Positions 49,622 through 58,832 of a stretch of DNA of 64,000 bases are shown here, one piece after another. The stretch spans positions 1 through 64,000 of the forward strand of contig JBNJGH010000005.1 in NCBI GenBank assembly GCA_051747585.1, given 5' to 3'. Each line of letters starts with the position of its first letter. Within the stretch, counting starts at the first letter, position 1. The position numbers and the translations under genes were made by a program. The notes beneath the pieces are model-generated. The model was not told where the DNA came from, did no database searches, and worked only from the letters and a program-made list of their open reading frames with translations. Origin of the DNA: Candidatus Rifleibacteriota bacterium (GTDB lineage Bacteria; Muiribacteriota; Ozemobacteria; Ozemobacterales; Ozemobacteraceae).

Positions 49622-51922
49622 TTATTTTGTCTTTTCGGGTTCATTAGGAGTTTCAACCCGATTTCTGCCATTTTCTTTGGCTACATAAAGCGCATCATCG
49701 GCAAGTTTAATCATTTCAAGGGCAGTATCTGCCTTATGAACAGGCAATGAGCTTACTCCAATGCTTATTGTTACCTTTAATTCATGTTCAGGCCCTTCAA
49801 AACCTGCAACTTCGACCTTTTCCCGCAATCTTTCGGCAAAAAGGATTGCACCTTCAAGATCCGTTTCGGGAAGAATTACGGCAAATTCCTCCCCGCCGTA
49901 TCTGGCCGCAACATCTGTGTCGCGCACGCATGAACTAACTATTTTGGCAACCTCTCGCAGCACCATATCTCCTATTTGATGGCCCCAGGTATCATTGAAT
50001 TTTTTGAAATGGTCTATATCTGTCATTAAATATGACAAATCCTTCTCGTATCGTTTGGCACGCCTGAATTCTTCTTCCATTTTCGCCTGAAAATGGCGGT
50101 GAACGATTAAACCGGTTAAACCATCTATAGTTGCAAGATTGAAAAGCCGCGCTTTTTCTATAACCACCGCGGCCTGATTTGCCATGGTCAGCGCTGTCTG
50201 CAAGTCTTCTCCGGCAAAGCGGCCATCTTTAGAATTTACAATATTCATTACCCCTATAGCGCTTTCTTTTATTATAAGCGGGACACAAATAAGTGATCTG
50301 ATATTCCCTGCGGCACTGTCTTTGTTCGCAAAGCCTTTTTCTTTTCTAACATTATGAATAAGCCTGGGCTCTCCACTGTTAAAAACTTCGCCGGCTATAC
50401 CCGAACCGGTTTTAAACTGTTTTCTTAAACCCGGGTCAATTTCTGCACCATCAACTCCATAAATTGTAGCCGTTTCAACCAGCTCTTCATATTTGGTATC
50501 CAGCAGAAAAATTGAACCTCGGCTTGCATTTAAAACTTGCACCGCTCGGCTCAATATGGCTTCGAGAGTTTTATCGAGACTTCCCATAAAGTTTACGGCC
50601 TGGCTTATCTCACTGATTATCGCAAGCTCTCTAACTTTGCGCGCCAGTTCGTAATTCTTTTCTCTTAAAGATATAAACTGCTGAATCAGCCTGGTTAAGC
50701 TCCATTGGATCGGTATAAGTAAAACCAATGGAACAACTTCGATAACCAGATCAAAGTTAAAAGAAATAACCCCTAACAGTAGCCACAAAGGCGCAACAGC
50801 CAGACAAATAATATTAGCAAAGAAACCATGCTTGAGCCACATAAAATAGCCCAGCGAAAGACCGGCCAAAAGCAGCAACAGAATATTTGTTTCGACCGTG
50901 ATTCTTTGTAAAAATCTACGATTGAGAATATTGTGAAGCAAATTTGCATGTATTTCTACGCCAGCAAGAGCTCCAAATGGGCAGAACTTAACATCTTCAG
51001 ATGTACCCATTGCCCGAGTGCCAATTATGACCAGACGATTATCAAAAAAGCCTTCAGGAAATTTTTTTGCCAGAACTTCAGCATAAGAAATCTCATCAAA
51101 AAGTCTGGTTCCACCAGCATAATTGAGCATATAAGATTTTACTTTTTTTCCACGGGCCGGCTCATAACATTCATAATAGGGCAAAAATCTGTCACCCACT
51201 CCCAAACCGTTCTTTTTAACTACGGGTTTAATTCCGAGATAATCTGAAGCAGCAGCAACACCAAAAATAAAAGATGTTTCATCACCTAACCGCTGATTCA
51301 AAAGCAATTTACGAATAACACCGTCTGTATTGAGGGTCTTATACTCGAGATTAATATAACCTTCAATTGAAAGATCGCCACGAAATTGCGGTATTGGCCT
51401 GTCAGCCACATACCTTTCCTTCATCTCAAAAGTTTCCGGATCCAGCACAGTTTGCTTTCTGATCGTTTGCGGCAAGACAATACGACCAAAGCGCTCAATA
51501 ACCTTTCGAAAGGCTTCGTCATCGTGAGGCCCCTGAACAGACGGATCGCTGAGCATTATATCAAAGGCGACAGTTTTAGCTCCGGCTTTTCTCAAAGTTT
51601 CGAGTAACCTGCCATGCACAGCTCTGGGCCAGGGCCAGGGGCCCAGTTCCGTCAAGCATTCATCAGTAATGCTTATCAACACAATATCGTGATTCCGAGA
51701 AAGTTCGCCACGTTGCCTGAATCGGAAATCAATCGTTTCATTTTCCAGATCCATAAAAAGACCAAAATAAAAAGCCAGAGAAAAAGCCAGAGCAATCCCG
51801 AGGCCCAGAAAAATTTCCCATAGTGGAATAAATGGCTTTGGCGATTTTGAAGTTATATCAAGAATTTCTTTAGAATTTATAATGTCTATTGCTTTGCTGG
51901 CTTTTAGTTTATTTTGACTCAT
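49622..51922 (-). CDS. CHASE2-GAF-GGDEF diguanylate cyclase
   Basis: GPWPWPR and GVEIHAN (CHASE2); 3 TMs; GAF; DIDHFK, RDTD I-site, RYGGEEF. Confidence 0.93.
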   Translation of the reverse strand: MSQNKLKASKAIDIINSKEILDITSKSPKPFIPLWEIFLGLGIALAFSLAFYFGLFMDLENETIDFRFRQRGELSRNHDIVLISITDECLTELGPWPWPRAVHGRLLETLRKAGAKTVAFDIMLSDPSVQGPHDDEAFRKVIERFGRIVLPQTIRKQTVLDPETFEMKERYVADRPIPQFRGDLSIEGYINLEYKTLNTDGVIRKLLLNQRLGDETSFIFGVAAASDYLGIKPVVKKNGLGVGDRFLPYYECYEPARGKKVKSYMLNYAGGTRLFDEISYAEVLAKKFPEGFFDNRLVIIGTRAMGTSEDVKFCPFGALAGVEIHANLLHNILNRRFLQRITVETNILLLLLAGLSLGYFMWLKHGFFANIICLAVAPLWLLLGVISFNFDLVIEVVPLVLLIPIQWSLTRLIQQFISLREKNYELARKVRELAIISEISQAVNFMGSLDKTLEAILSRAVQVLNASRGSIFLLDTKYEELVETATIYGVDGAEIDPGLRKQFKTGSGIAGEVFNSGEPRLIHNVRKEKGFANKDSAAGNIRSLICVPLIIKESAIGVMNIVNSKDGRFAGEDLQTALTMANQAAVVIEKARLFNLATIDGLTGLIVHRHFQAKMEEEFRRAKRYEKDLSYLMTDIDHFKKFNDTWGHQIGDMVLREVAKIVSSCVRDTDVAARYGGEEFAVILPETDLEGAILFAERLREKVEVAGFEGPEHELKVTISIGVSSLPVHKADTALEMIKLADDALYVAKENGRNRVETPNEPEKTK

Positions 51923-51972
51923 CTGATCTTATTTTTTGTCTCCTGGTATGGCTATCAGGTTTTAAATGTAAT

Positions 51973-53067
51973 TTATAACCTTAATTTCTCTGCTGGAATT
52001 GCAATCTGAGCTCTTAATTTTTTCATTTCTCTGAAAGCCTCATGAAACATTTTATCTGAGCGAGGTAAAAGCCTTATAGCTTCTTTATAGTTTTTTATCG
52101 CTTTTTCGACTTTACCCATTTCGTTTAATTTATCTGCTCTGGTTTTATACAGATTGCCAAGTTTTCTTCTTGAATTAAGGAATTTATCTTCATAGACATT
52201 CACGCCGGTATAAGCTGGAGCAAAAGGATCGGTAACCGTGAAAGAAGAGTAAAGATCAAGAGCTTCTTCATAGTCTTTGATCGCCGTTTCCCAAATTTCA
52301 GGAGCTTCGCATTCTTCGATTTCGGCAACATCTTCCTCTTTAAGGTGAGGGCTTATTTTATCGCTGATCTGCTGAAGAAAAGCATTGTATACCTTGTCGT
52401 GGCTGTCCAGCAATAACTGAGCTCGCTTGAGCAATGATGCGGCACGAGCAAAACTCTGGGCATGAATGGCTTTATGAACTTTTGCCAGGTATGGTCTAAT
52501 CAGACTTCTTTTGCATTCGGTGAGATTTTCGCGGATATACTTAACAAAACGATGATCTTCAGGCAGATTGATAATTTTTTTCATGGCAGCCTGATATTCC
52601 AGAATTGCTTCAGCAAAGTTCCCGGACTTTCTGAAATTATCTCCACGATCCACAAATGGAGTAAGCTCAAGATGCAATAAATGATCCTGTTGCTTTGCCT
52701 TGGCCTTATCAAGAAGCTGCTTAATCTCTTCGAGAAATTTAACGCTGTCTTCTTTTGCCAGTCGAGTAGCTTCTTCTAATTCTTCAATCGCTACCTGGTA
52801 TACTTTGTTGTCTAACGCAGCCACGCCTTTATCACGATGAAAATAAGCAAGCTTTTCGTTAACTTCTTCAAGGCGCTTTTCTATCTCTTTTTGACTTTCA
52901 TGCAATTCTGGCGTTAACGGCCTGTCAGGATCAATCTCCTGAATAGCACTAAGTTCTTCCTGGGCTTGTAGATAGCTGATTTTAGCAGCACCCCAGTCAG
53001 ATGCATCCTTTTTGGCGTCGCCGTCCATAATATAGGATTGAATTACCAGATTGTTTTCATTAGTCAT
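51973..53067 (-). CDS. Cytoplasmic TPR-like helical protein
   Basis: GGAG RBS; TPR-like repeats (GNFAEAILEY, GKVEKAIKNY). Confidence 0.7.
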   Translation of the reverse strand: MTNENNLVIQSYIMDGDAKKDASDWGAAKISYLQAQEELSAIQEIDPDRPLTPELHESQKEIEKRLEEVNEKLAYFHRDKGVAALDNKVYQVAIEELEEATRLAKEDSVKFLEEIKQLLDKAKAKQQDHLLHLELTPFVDRGDNFRKSGNFAEAILEYQAAMKKIINLPEDHRFVKYIRENLTECKRSLIRPYLAKVHKAIHAQSFARAASLLKRAQLLLDSHDKVYNAFLQQISDKISPHLKEEDVAEIEECEAPEIWETAIKDYEEALDLYSSFTVTDPFAPAYTGVNVYEDKFLNSRRKLGNLYKTRADKLNEMGKVEKAIKNYKEAIRLLPRSDKMFHEAFREMKKLRAQIAIPAEKLRL

Positions 53068-53095
53068 TATTTTTCTCCTTCAACCAAACGTTGAG

Positions 53096-54628
53096 TCATC
53101 TTTTACCTGCAGATTTTTTTAGTCTGTCTGCTGCTCCGCGGGAGTCATAAAAGTTAATTCCACTTCCGCCGGGGCTACCGGCTTTGTTATAAGCATCAGT
53201 TGCCTGCCCGTAATCCTTCAGACGATAATTGATGTAACCCAGCAGTGAATTGCCTTCATCATTGTCAGGTGTTATCGCCAGCATTTTTTTTATGGCTTGT
53301 TTTGCCGCCGGAAAATCTTCGGATTGAACATGGACCAATGCAATATTCCACCAGAGCTTTGCAGCTTTGGGAAATTTGTCTTTCAACTTATTCAAATATG
53401 ACAAGGCAATCTTATATTTGCCTGCTTTCATCTTTGCTGCTGCGGTTTTGAAAATTGAATTTTCCATCAACTCAGCACTTTGATCTGCCACATTCTGATT
53501 CGAAGAAAAGTTTTTTTTGGGCAACTCAGTCGATTTTACCGATGAAAGGTCAATTTTGCCGTCGTTTTCAGAATAAGACATTAGAGCTTTTACCTTCTCT
53601 GTATATTGCGATGCAGGGAAAGTTGCCAGAAAAGCTTTACCCCAGCTCTGAACCGCCTTATGAACGCCCAGAATGGCTCGAAGTCTTATGGCTCGATAAT
53701 AAGAATCTTCGACAAGCAAAGAAGAAGAGTGTTCACGCAGAATTTTGTCATAATACTTACAAGCTTCGATTTTCTCTCCAAATCTACTGGTAAGATCAGC
53801 AAGCTCAAAAAGCACTTTATCCATGCCTTTTGCCGAAGATCCTTGTTCTTTGAGTTTATCTTGAAGAACAAGAATTTTTGCAACCAGTTCTTCGGGATTA
53901 GCTGATTTTTCTGGTTTCAATATCGCTTTAAGTAACTTTGCCCTGTCGGGACTGACCTTATTTTTTGCAACTTTGTCTGCAGACGCCTCTGTCTTCCGTG
54001 CTTTACCTGAAGTTCCAGTCGGGGAACTTTTATTAGTTGTTTTAACGATTTCGTCAGCTTGACTACGTGGTTTAGTTTTGCTTGTTATAGTTTGCCGCTC
54101 TTTTTTTGCATAACTTGAATCAATGGCAGCCGGCGCTGTATCATCGGCTATTGTAAGCCTTTTTGCTTTTACAAACGATCGCGCAAGCTCAAAATAAGGA
54201 CTTCTATTATGATTCTGCTTTATATAAGTAAAAAGCTTTTTGGCTTCTCTTTGATTCCCTCTGCCTGCTTGCGCCTGCATCAATCTGAAGGCAGCTTCAG
54301 CTTTCTCTTCTTTGTCTACAACCTTTTTGCGCAACCGCTGATAAATTTCGGCAGCCTTATCATACCTTCTAAGTTCTATTAGACAGTCACCAAGCATAAA
54401 AAGAGCAAGGTTTCTTTGTAAATCTTCTGAAGCCAGGTCAGCAGCCTTATAAAGTTTTTCAGCGGCCTGCTCAACTTTTCCGGCTGTCTTATCTTTCAAG
54501 GCATCGGTCATATAATCGGTGGCTTTTTTCTTCGCAAATGCCATACCTGCAAAGAATACAAAAACAAACAAAGTCACCAGGCCAACAACTTGATTCTTTT
54601 TAAAGCTCATTAAGCGTCCTTCTAACAA
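53096..54628 (-). CDS. Exported TPR protein (CpoB/BamD-like repeats)
   Basis: Signal peptide (AFA-KK; likely start MSFKK); TPRs; Lys/Thr-rich linker. Confidence 0.7.
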   Translation of the reverse strand: MLEGRLMSFKKNQVVGLVTLFVFVFFAGMAFAKKKATDYMTDALKDKTAGKVEQAAEKLYKAADLASEDLQRNLALFMLGDCLIELRRYDKAAEIYQRLRKKVVDKEEKAEAAFRLMQAQAGRGNQREAKKLFTYIKQNHNRSPYFELARSFVKAKRLTIADDTAPAAIDSSYAKKERQTITSKTKPRSQADEIVKTTNKSSPTGTSGKARKTEASADKVAKNKVSPDRAKLLKAILKPEKSANPEELVAKILVLQDKLKEQGSSAKGMDKVLFELADLTSRFGEKIEACKYYDKILREHSSSLLVEDSYYRAIRLRAILGVHKAVQSWGKAFLATFPASQYTEKVKALMSYSENDGKIDLSSVKSTELPKKNFSSNQNVADQSAELMENSIFKTAAAKMKAGKYKIALSYLNKLKDKFPKAAKLWWNIALVHVQSEDFPAAKQAIKKMLAITPDNDEGNSLLGYINYRLKDYGQATDAYNKAGSPGGSGINFYDSRGAADRLKKSAGKR

Positions 54629-55951
54629 TTAACTTTCACTCTTCCGGAACCTATAGAATAAAACATAGAAGGCTACTACAGCAAGTACTATTACCAGAAT
54701 AATACTAATGGCAGAAATTACATGATTTGTTTCGCGCTTTTTTTCAATTACACAAAGTTTCCAGGCCGGTAGATCAGCATTATAAAAACTGGTAAGAGGT
54801 CTGCAAAAAATATTCCAGCCATCTGCGCCATTATAATACCGAGATTCATAACTGCCTTCAAATTTATCCATAACCGCACGAACCAGCTTTGAACAGATTT
54901 CAGAAGATGGTTCCATTTCTGAATTATGAAAAACTATATTTCCATCTGAAATAAGAGTCTTTTTTCCGACAAGCCCACTAAAGTCTTTAAGCCAGACTGA
55001 CACCGGCGCCAGGTCCAGTTCGGCAAGAACAAAACCGGCCGGTTTTCTATCTTTATCGCGAACGACAGAAGCCAGATTTACAAAATTTCTATCAAGCTTT
55101 TGCTCAAATCTGATTTTCCCCCACCAGTTTATTTTATTCTTTGCCAGATAACGGCAAATCATATCAATATTTTCAACGGGTGCAGGTTCACCTTCAATTG
55201 AATAAAAAGACTGTCTGATTCCGCTTCGATCATATAAACTTACAGATCTAAAAAACGACTTTCGGCTAAGCGCTTTTGACAAAAAAACTTCAAATTGATT
55301 ACGTGCCAAACTGAAATCTTCTCTTTTCAAACCAATCAGATTGTCAAAAAATCGAGCGAACTCAACCAGGGGCTCAAATAATATCTGGACATATTCAACA
55401 GCTGTACCGGTAATCTTACGAGCAAAAGAAACTTTTTCGCTAATTCTTAAGACATCCCCATCATCTGCAGTCATACCTGACAGCAATAAACCTCTGGGGG
55501 AATCATCTTCAAGCTCAAATTCGATAAACATAAACTCATATAAAGCTCTTCTAATAGCGGCAGCCGGCAGCTCGCTCCAGTAGATCATGTTTTTGCGCAA
55601 ACTAAGGAACTTTTCATACGCCAGGCCAATAAAAAATTGGCTGGCTTCGATTAAGCCTGTTAATTTGCGCTGTTTTGCAATCAATCCAGCCTTTAAAGTT
55701 GAACCGGAAGCAAATATGTTTGTTGCCGGAACTCGGGCAACACTGTTTAAATGGGCTTGCGAAGTTTGCAGAAAATGAACCACAACCGAGGCCAGAAACT
55801 GAGATTGCATATCAGCCTTTTTTTCAAGCTTTTTAGCCTTTTCGCTATTGAGATAGGAATTTAGATGGAAGATTTGCGCCGTAAAACCTAGAAAAACAGC
55901 TAACAAAATAAAAAAAACATACTTTTGCCTATTTATATTTTGCTCTTCCAT
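54629..55951 (-). CDS. Two-TM protein with extracytoplasmic Cache-like domain and no cytoplasmic output
   Basis: N- and C-terminal TM helices; VSLYD..G, V.D.D.KPAGFV.AELDL, SDG.IVFH, WKL.V. Confidence 0.6.
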   Translation of the reverse strand: MEEQNINRQKYVFFILLAVFLGFTAQIFHLNSYLNSEKAKKLEKKADMQSQFLASVVVHFLQTSQAHLNSVARVPATNIFASGSTLKAGLIAKQRKLTGLIEASQFFIGLAYEKFLSLRKNMIYWSELPAAAIRRALYEFMFIEFELEDDSPRGLLLSGMTADDGDVLRISEKVSFARKITGTAVEYVQILFEPLVEFARFFDNLIGLKREDFSLARNQFEVFLSKALSRKSFFRSVSLYDRSGIRQSFYSIEGEPAPVENIDMICRYLAKNKINWWGKIRFEQKLDRNFVNLASVVRDKDRKPAGFVLAELDLAPVSVWLKDFSGLVGKKTLISDGNIVFHNSEMEPSSEICSKLVRAVMDKFEGSYESRYYNGADGWNIFCRPLTSFYNADLPAWKLCVIEKKRETNHVISAISIILVIVLAVVAFYVLFYRFRKSES

Positions 55952-55958
55952 GAAATCC

Positions 55959-55986
55959 TAAACTTTGTTTTTCATTATGCCGATAT
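55959..55986 (+). promoter_or_regulatory. sigma28 (FliA/SigD/WhiG)-like promoter
   Basis: TAAA-N16-GCCGATAT. Confidence 0.65.
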
Positions 55987-56033
55987 ATTTACTAGAACGT
56001 AAAACTAAAAACGACAAAAAAGGAGGCCCGGAC

Positions 56034-56168
56034 ATGCTTTGCCCACAATGCAGCGCATCAATGGTCAGAAAATCTCACAACGGACGACAATCACCTTATT
56101 TCACCCTCAACTGCAATCACTGCAAATTTGTTATTTTCTATCGCGGACAATTCAATAACGAAGAATAA
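56034..56168 (+). CDS. 44-aa zinc-ribbon microprotein
   Basis: AGGAGG RBS; MLCPQC...CNHC. Confidence 0.7.
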   Translation: MLCPQCSASMVRKSHNGRQSPYFTLNCNHCKFVIFYRGQFNNEE

Positions 56169-56432
56169 TTTAACTTAAAGTCATAATAGAACAGAATAAG
56201 AGTTAAATCAACCTTAATAAGGCTCTATCGGTAGCTATAAAAGTAATTTCCCCGGCTTTTAAACTTGATTATATGCTAGAAATGAGCAAACAGGGCCTTA
56301 TAAAATGACTGCGCACCCACCCTCTATTCGTACTGGCTAATTTTTAAGGGAGCCTGAAAAAACAAAGCGGCAGCATTCGCCACCGTTCAAAGCCTGAAAA
56401 TTCTGCTATCTTTTTCAATCATTCACGAATTA

Positions 56433-56627
56433 TTATCTGAGCATTTTCCAGCCGGATTCCCACCATATACGGCTACTAGTCCTACAAACCGGTTGGGTTC
56501 TCGTAGTTAAATTCTTACGAGCTGAAACGGCAAGGTTACCCTTAACTTGAATATGCTCTTCGTTTTCCAGATTTTTATTTCTACGATAGTTTAAATACGA
56601 GTTCGAAAACATCTCGTGCTTCAACAT
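56433..56627 (-). CDS. 64-aa hypothetical small protein
   Basis: AGGAG RBS inside the upstream gene; TAA-ATG coupling. Confidence 0.55.
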   Translation of the reverse strand: MLKHEMFSNSYLNYRRNKNLENEEHIQVKGNLAVSARKNLTTRTQPVCRTSSRIWWESGWKMLR

Positions 56628-56894
56628 TTATCTGCTCCTGACTCCGTTTCGATGCTGACCATTGCAGATACAATCGAGTTCAGTTTCAAGTTCACGCAAT
56701 TTGCGGTCTATTACATTCAAGCGATCTATTTCTTCACGGCATTTCTCTGAAATTTCAACTTCTACGGATTTTTCTTCTTTTCGCAAAGCCTCGATTGAAT
56801 TCTGGATAAGCTTAACTTTCAGCCTCTCCTCATTATCGAGCTGAACCTTAGTTGCTGGCTCTTTTGATTTAAATAGAGGAACTAAAACGCCCAT
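56628..56894 (-). CDS. 88-aa coiled-coil small protein
   Basis: GGAGG RBS; heptad-rich sequence. Confidence 0.65.
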   Translation of the reverse strand: MGVLVPLFKSKEPATKVQLDNEERLKVKLIQNSIEALRKEEKSVEVEISEKCREEIDRLNVIDRKLRELETELDCICNGQHRNGVRSR

Positions 56895-56948
56895 GTACAG
56901 CCTCCAAATAATTTATATATGCCGGATTTTTTTGTCCGCCATCACTTA

Positions 56949-56976
56949 CTATCGGCATGCAGTAAACTTAAATTTA
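56949..56976 (-). promoter_or_regulatory. sigma28-like promoter
   Basis: TAAA-N16-GCCGATAG. Confidence 0.6.
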
Positions 56977-57152
56977 ATCCTTGTTTGCCCCTGCTGTTTG
57001 TCGCACTGCCGGGATATTCATGGCTGAATACCTTCCTTTGCTCCAACAACACATCAAACAAAGCCTTTAAGCCTCAAAGCTAACAAAGAAGAGAATTAAA
57101 TAATCGAAAAGCCTTTCCCGATCGTGATACCGAATTGCGATGACTGCTCGGG

Positions 57153-57409
57153 CAGCAATTCTCGGTCAATTATTATTTGCTATTTACAAAACAGTTCTGG
57201 TTTTATTTCTTTCTGTCAAATATAGAATTTAAACCACTGAGGCCACCGAGGGCGCAGAGTTGATTTTTTAATCTTTTTCAGCCAGGATTTTGTCCTGTGG
57301 ACAAATAGCCGGCGGTTTCATTGCCCGGCTTTTCCTTCTTCAGCAAGCCTTCAGAAAAACACGAGTGCTTTTCTGAAACGAGTTGATAGTCTCTCACCGA
57401 GAATTACTA
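57153..57409 (+). mobile_element. MITE-like composite element (copy B)
   Basis: Imperfect TIRs CAGCAATTCTCGGTCA / TCACCGAGAATTACTA (13/16), flanked by direct repeat CTGCTCGGG (57144-57152, 57410-57418). Internal blocks are shared with 17272-17380. Confidence 0.6.
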
Positions 57410-57425
57410 CTGCTCGGGTGTAAGT

Positions 57426-57455
57426 TTGACAGAAAGTTTAGCTCTATGCTAATTT
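57426..57455 (+). promoter_or_regulatory. sigma70-type promoter of the PhoH-family gene
   Basis: TTGACA ... TGc-TAATTT (extended -10). Confidence 0.5.
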
Positions 57456-57499
57456 TGGACTGATTTATATTAATTTTTTTTTAGAATAGGAAACTTTAG

Positions 57500-58807
57500 A
57501 TGAAAAAAACCTTCGTGGTTGATACTAACGTGATCCTGCACAGTCATCAGTCCCTTTTTTCTTTTAAAGACAACGATGTTGTTATTCCCCTTGGAGTTAT
57601 TGAAGAATTAGATCGATTCAAAGGCTTCAACGATGAACGAGGCCGTGAAGCACGACAAGCATCCAGAGAGCTGGATGAGCTCAGACACAAGGGGAACCTC
57701 AGCAAAGGGGTAAAACTGGAATCGGGCGGATCCATTCAAGTAATTCTTGACAGTGATATTGAACTCCCTTACGGGTTAGACGGCAAAAAGGTCGACAATC
57801 GAATTATTGCCTGCGCGCTTCACCTTAAAAACAGCGGGCAAAATGCCTATCTGATCAGCAAAGACATTAATTGTCGCATTAAAGCCGATGCCCTGGGCAT
57901 TCCAACCGAAGACTTCGAAACAAACAAGATCGATATTGATGAGCTTTACTCGGGCTGGAGAGAGCTGGTAATGCCGGTTAACAAAATTGAAAGATTTCTA
58001 CGCGAAGAATCGCTCGAGTATGAAGAAAACGATCTTTTCAGAAATGAGTTTCTTCTTCTGAAGGCTGCAGAAAATGAAAACAAAACTGCATTGGCAAAAT
58101 ATGATGGCGAAGCAAAATTGTTACGCCCACTGTTTCATGTAAACGCGAAGCCATGGGGTGTAGAGCCTCTCAATCTTCAACAGAAATTTGCAATTGAACT
58201 GCTGCTATGCAATGAAATAGAGTTGGTAACTCTTGTAGGGAGAGCCGGAACCGGTAAAACTCTTCTTGCTTTGGCCAGCGGATTACAAAAGACTATTGAC
58301 GAGCACCTGTTTAGAAAACTGCTGGTCAGTCGTCCAATTATGCCACTTGGCAAAGATATAGGCTTTCTTCCCGGTTCAAAAGACGAGAAACTCAGCCACT
58401 GGATGCAACCAATATTTGATAATCTTGAATTCGTAATGGATCGACTTTACAAAAATTCCGACGATGTAGACAAAAAAATTCGCTTTCTCATTGAATCCCA
58501 GAAAGTTCAAATCGAAGCGATAACCTATATCAGAGGTAGAAGCATTCCAAAACAGTTCCTTATTGTCGATGAAGCACAGAACCTTACCCCTCATGAAGTA
58601 AAAACTATTATCAGCCGAGCCGGCGAAGGAACCAAAGTTGTATTAACCGGAGACCCTTATCAAATAGACAACCCATACCTTGACAGCTCTTCTAACGGGC
58701 TGAATTTTGTTATCGAAAAATTCAAAGACCATAAGCTTTTCGGTCACATAATACTGCACAAATCAGAGCGATCATCTCTCTCGGCTCTTGCTTCAGAATT
58801 GCTCTGA
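57500..58807 (+). CDS. PIN-PhoH (PhoH2/YlaK-like) protein
   Basis: VVDTNV, EELD, DNRI, SKDIN.RIKA (PIN); GRAGTGKT, GFLPG, YIRGRS, DEAQN, GDPYQID (PhoH). Confidence 0.93.
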   Translation: MKKTFVVDTNVILHSHQSLFSFKDNDVVIPLGVIEELDRFKGFNDERGREARQASRELDELRHKGNLSKGVKLESGGSIQVILDSDIELPYGLDGKKVDNRIIACALHLKNSGQNAYLISKDINCRIKADALGIPTEDFETNKIDIDELYSGWRELVMPVNKIERFLREESLEYEENDLFRNEFLLLKAAENENKTALAKYDGEAKLLRPLFHVNAKPWGVEPLNLQQKFAIELLLCNEIELVTLVGRAGTGKTLLALASGLQKTIDEHLFRKLLVSRPIMPLGKDIGFLPGSKDEKLSHWMQPIFDNLEFVMDRLYKNSDDVDKKIRFLIESQKVQIEAITYIRGRSIPKQFLIVDEAQNLTPHEVKTIISRAGEGTKVVLTGDPYQIDNPYLDSSSNGLNFVIEKFKDHKLFGHIILHKSERSSLSALASELL

Positions 58808-58832
58808 CAAATAAAAAAGAGGATATTAAGTT

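Noticed and set aside
56433..56894. Toxin-antitoxin pair
   Set aside because: Size and coupling fit, but no toxin, antitoxin DNA-binding or hydrophobic type I motif is recognisable.
17341..57380. Exact 40,000-bp offset between the two hairpin copies
   Set aside because: The adjacent shared block has a different offset and the copies are diverged, so this is coincidence rather than an artefact or signal.
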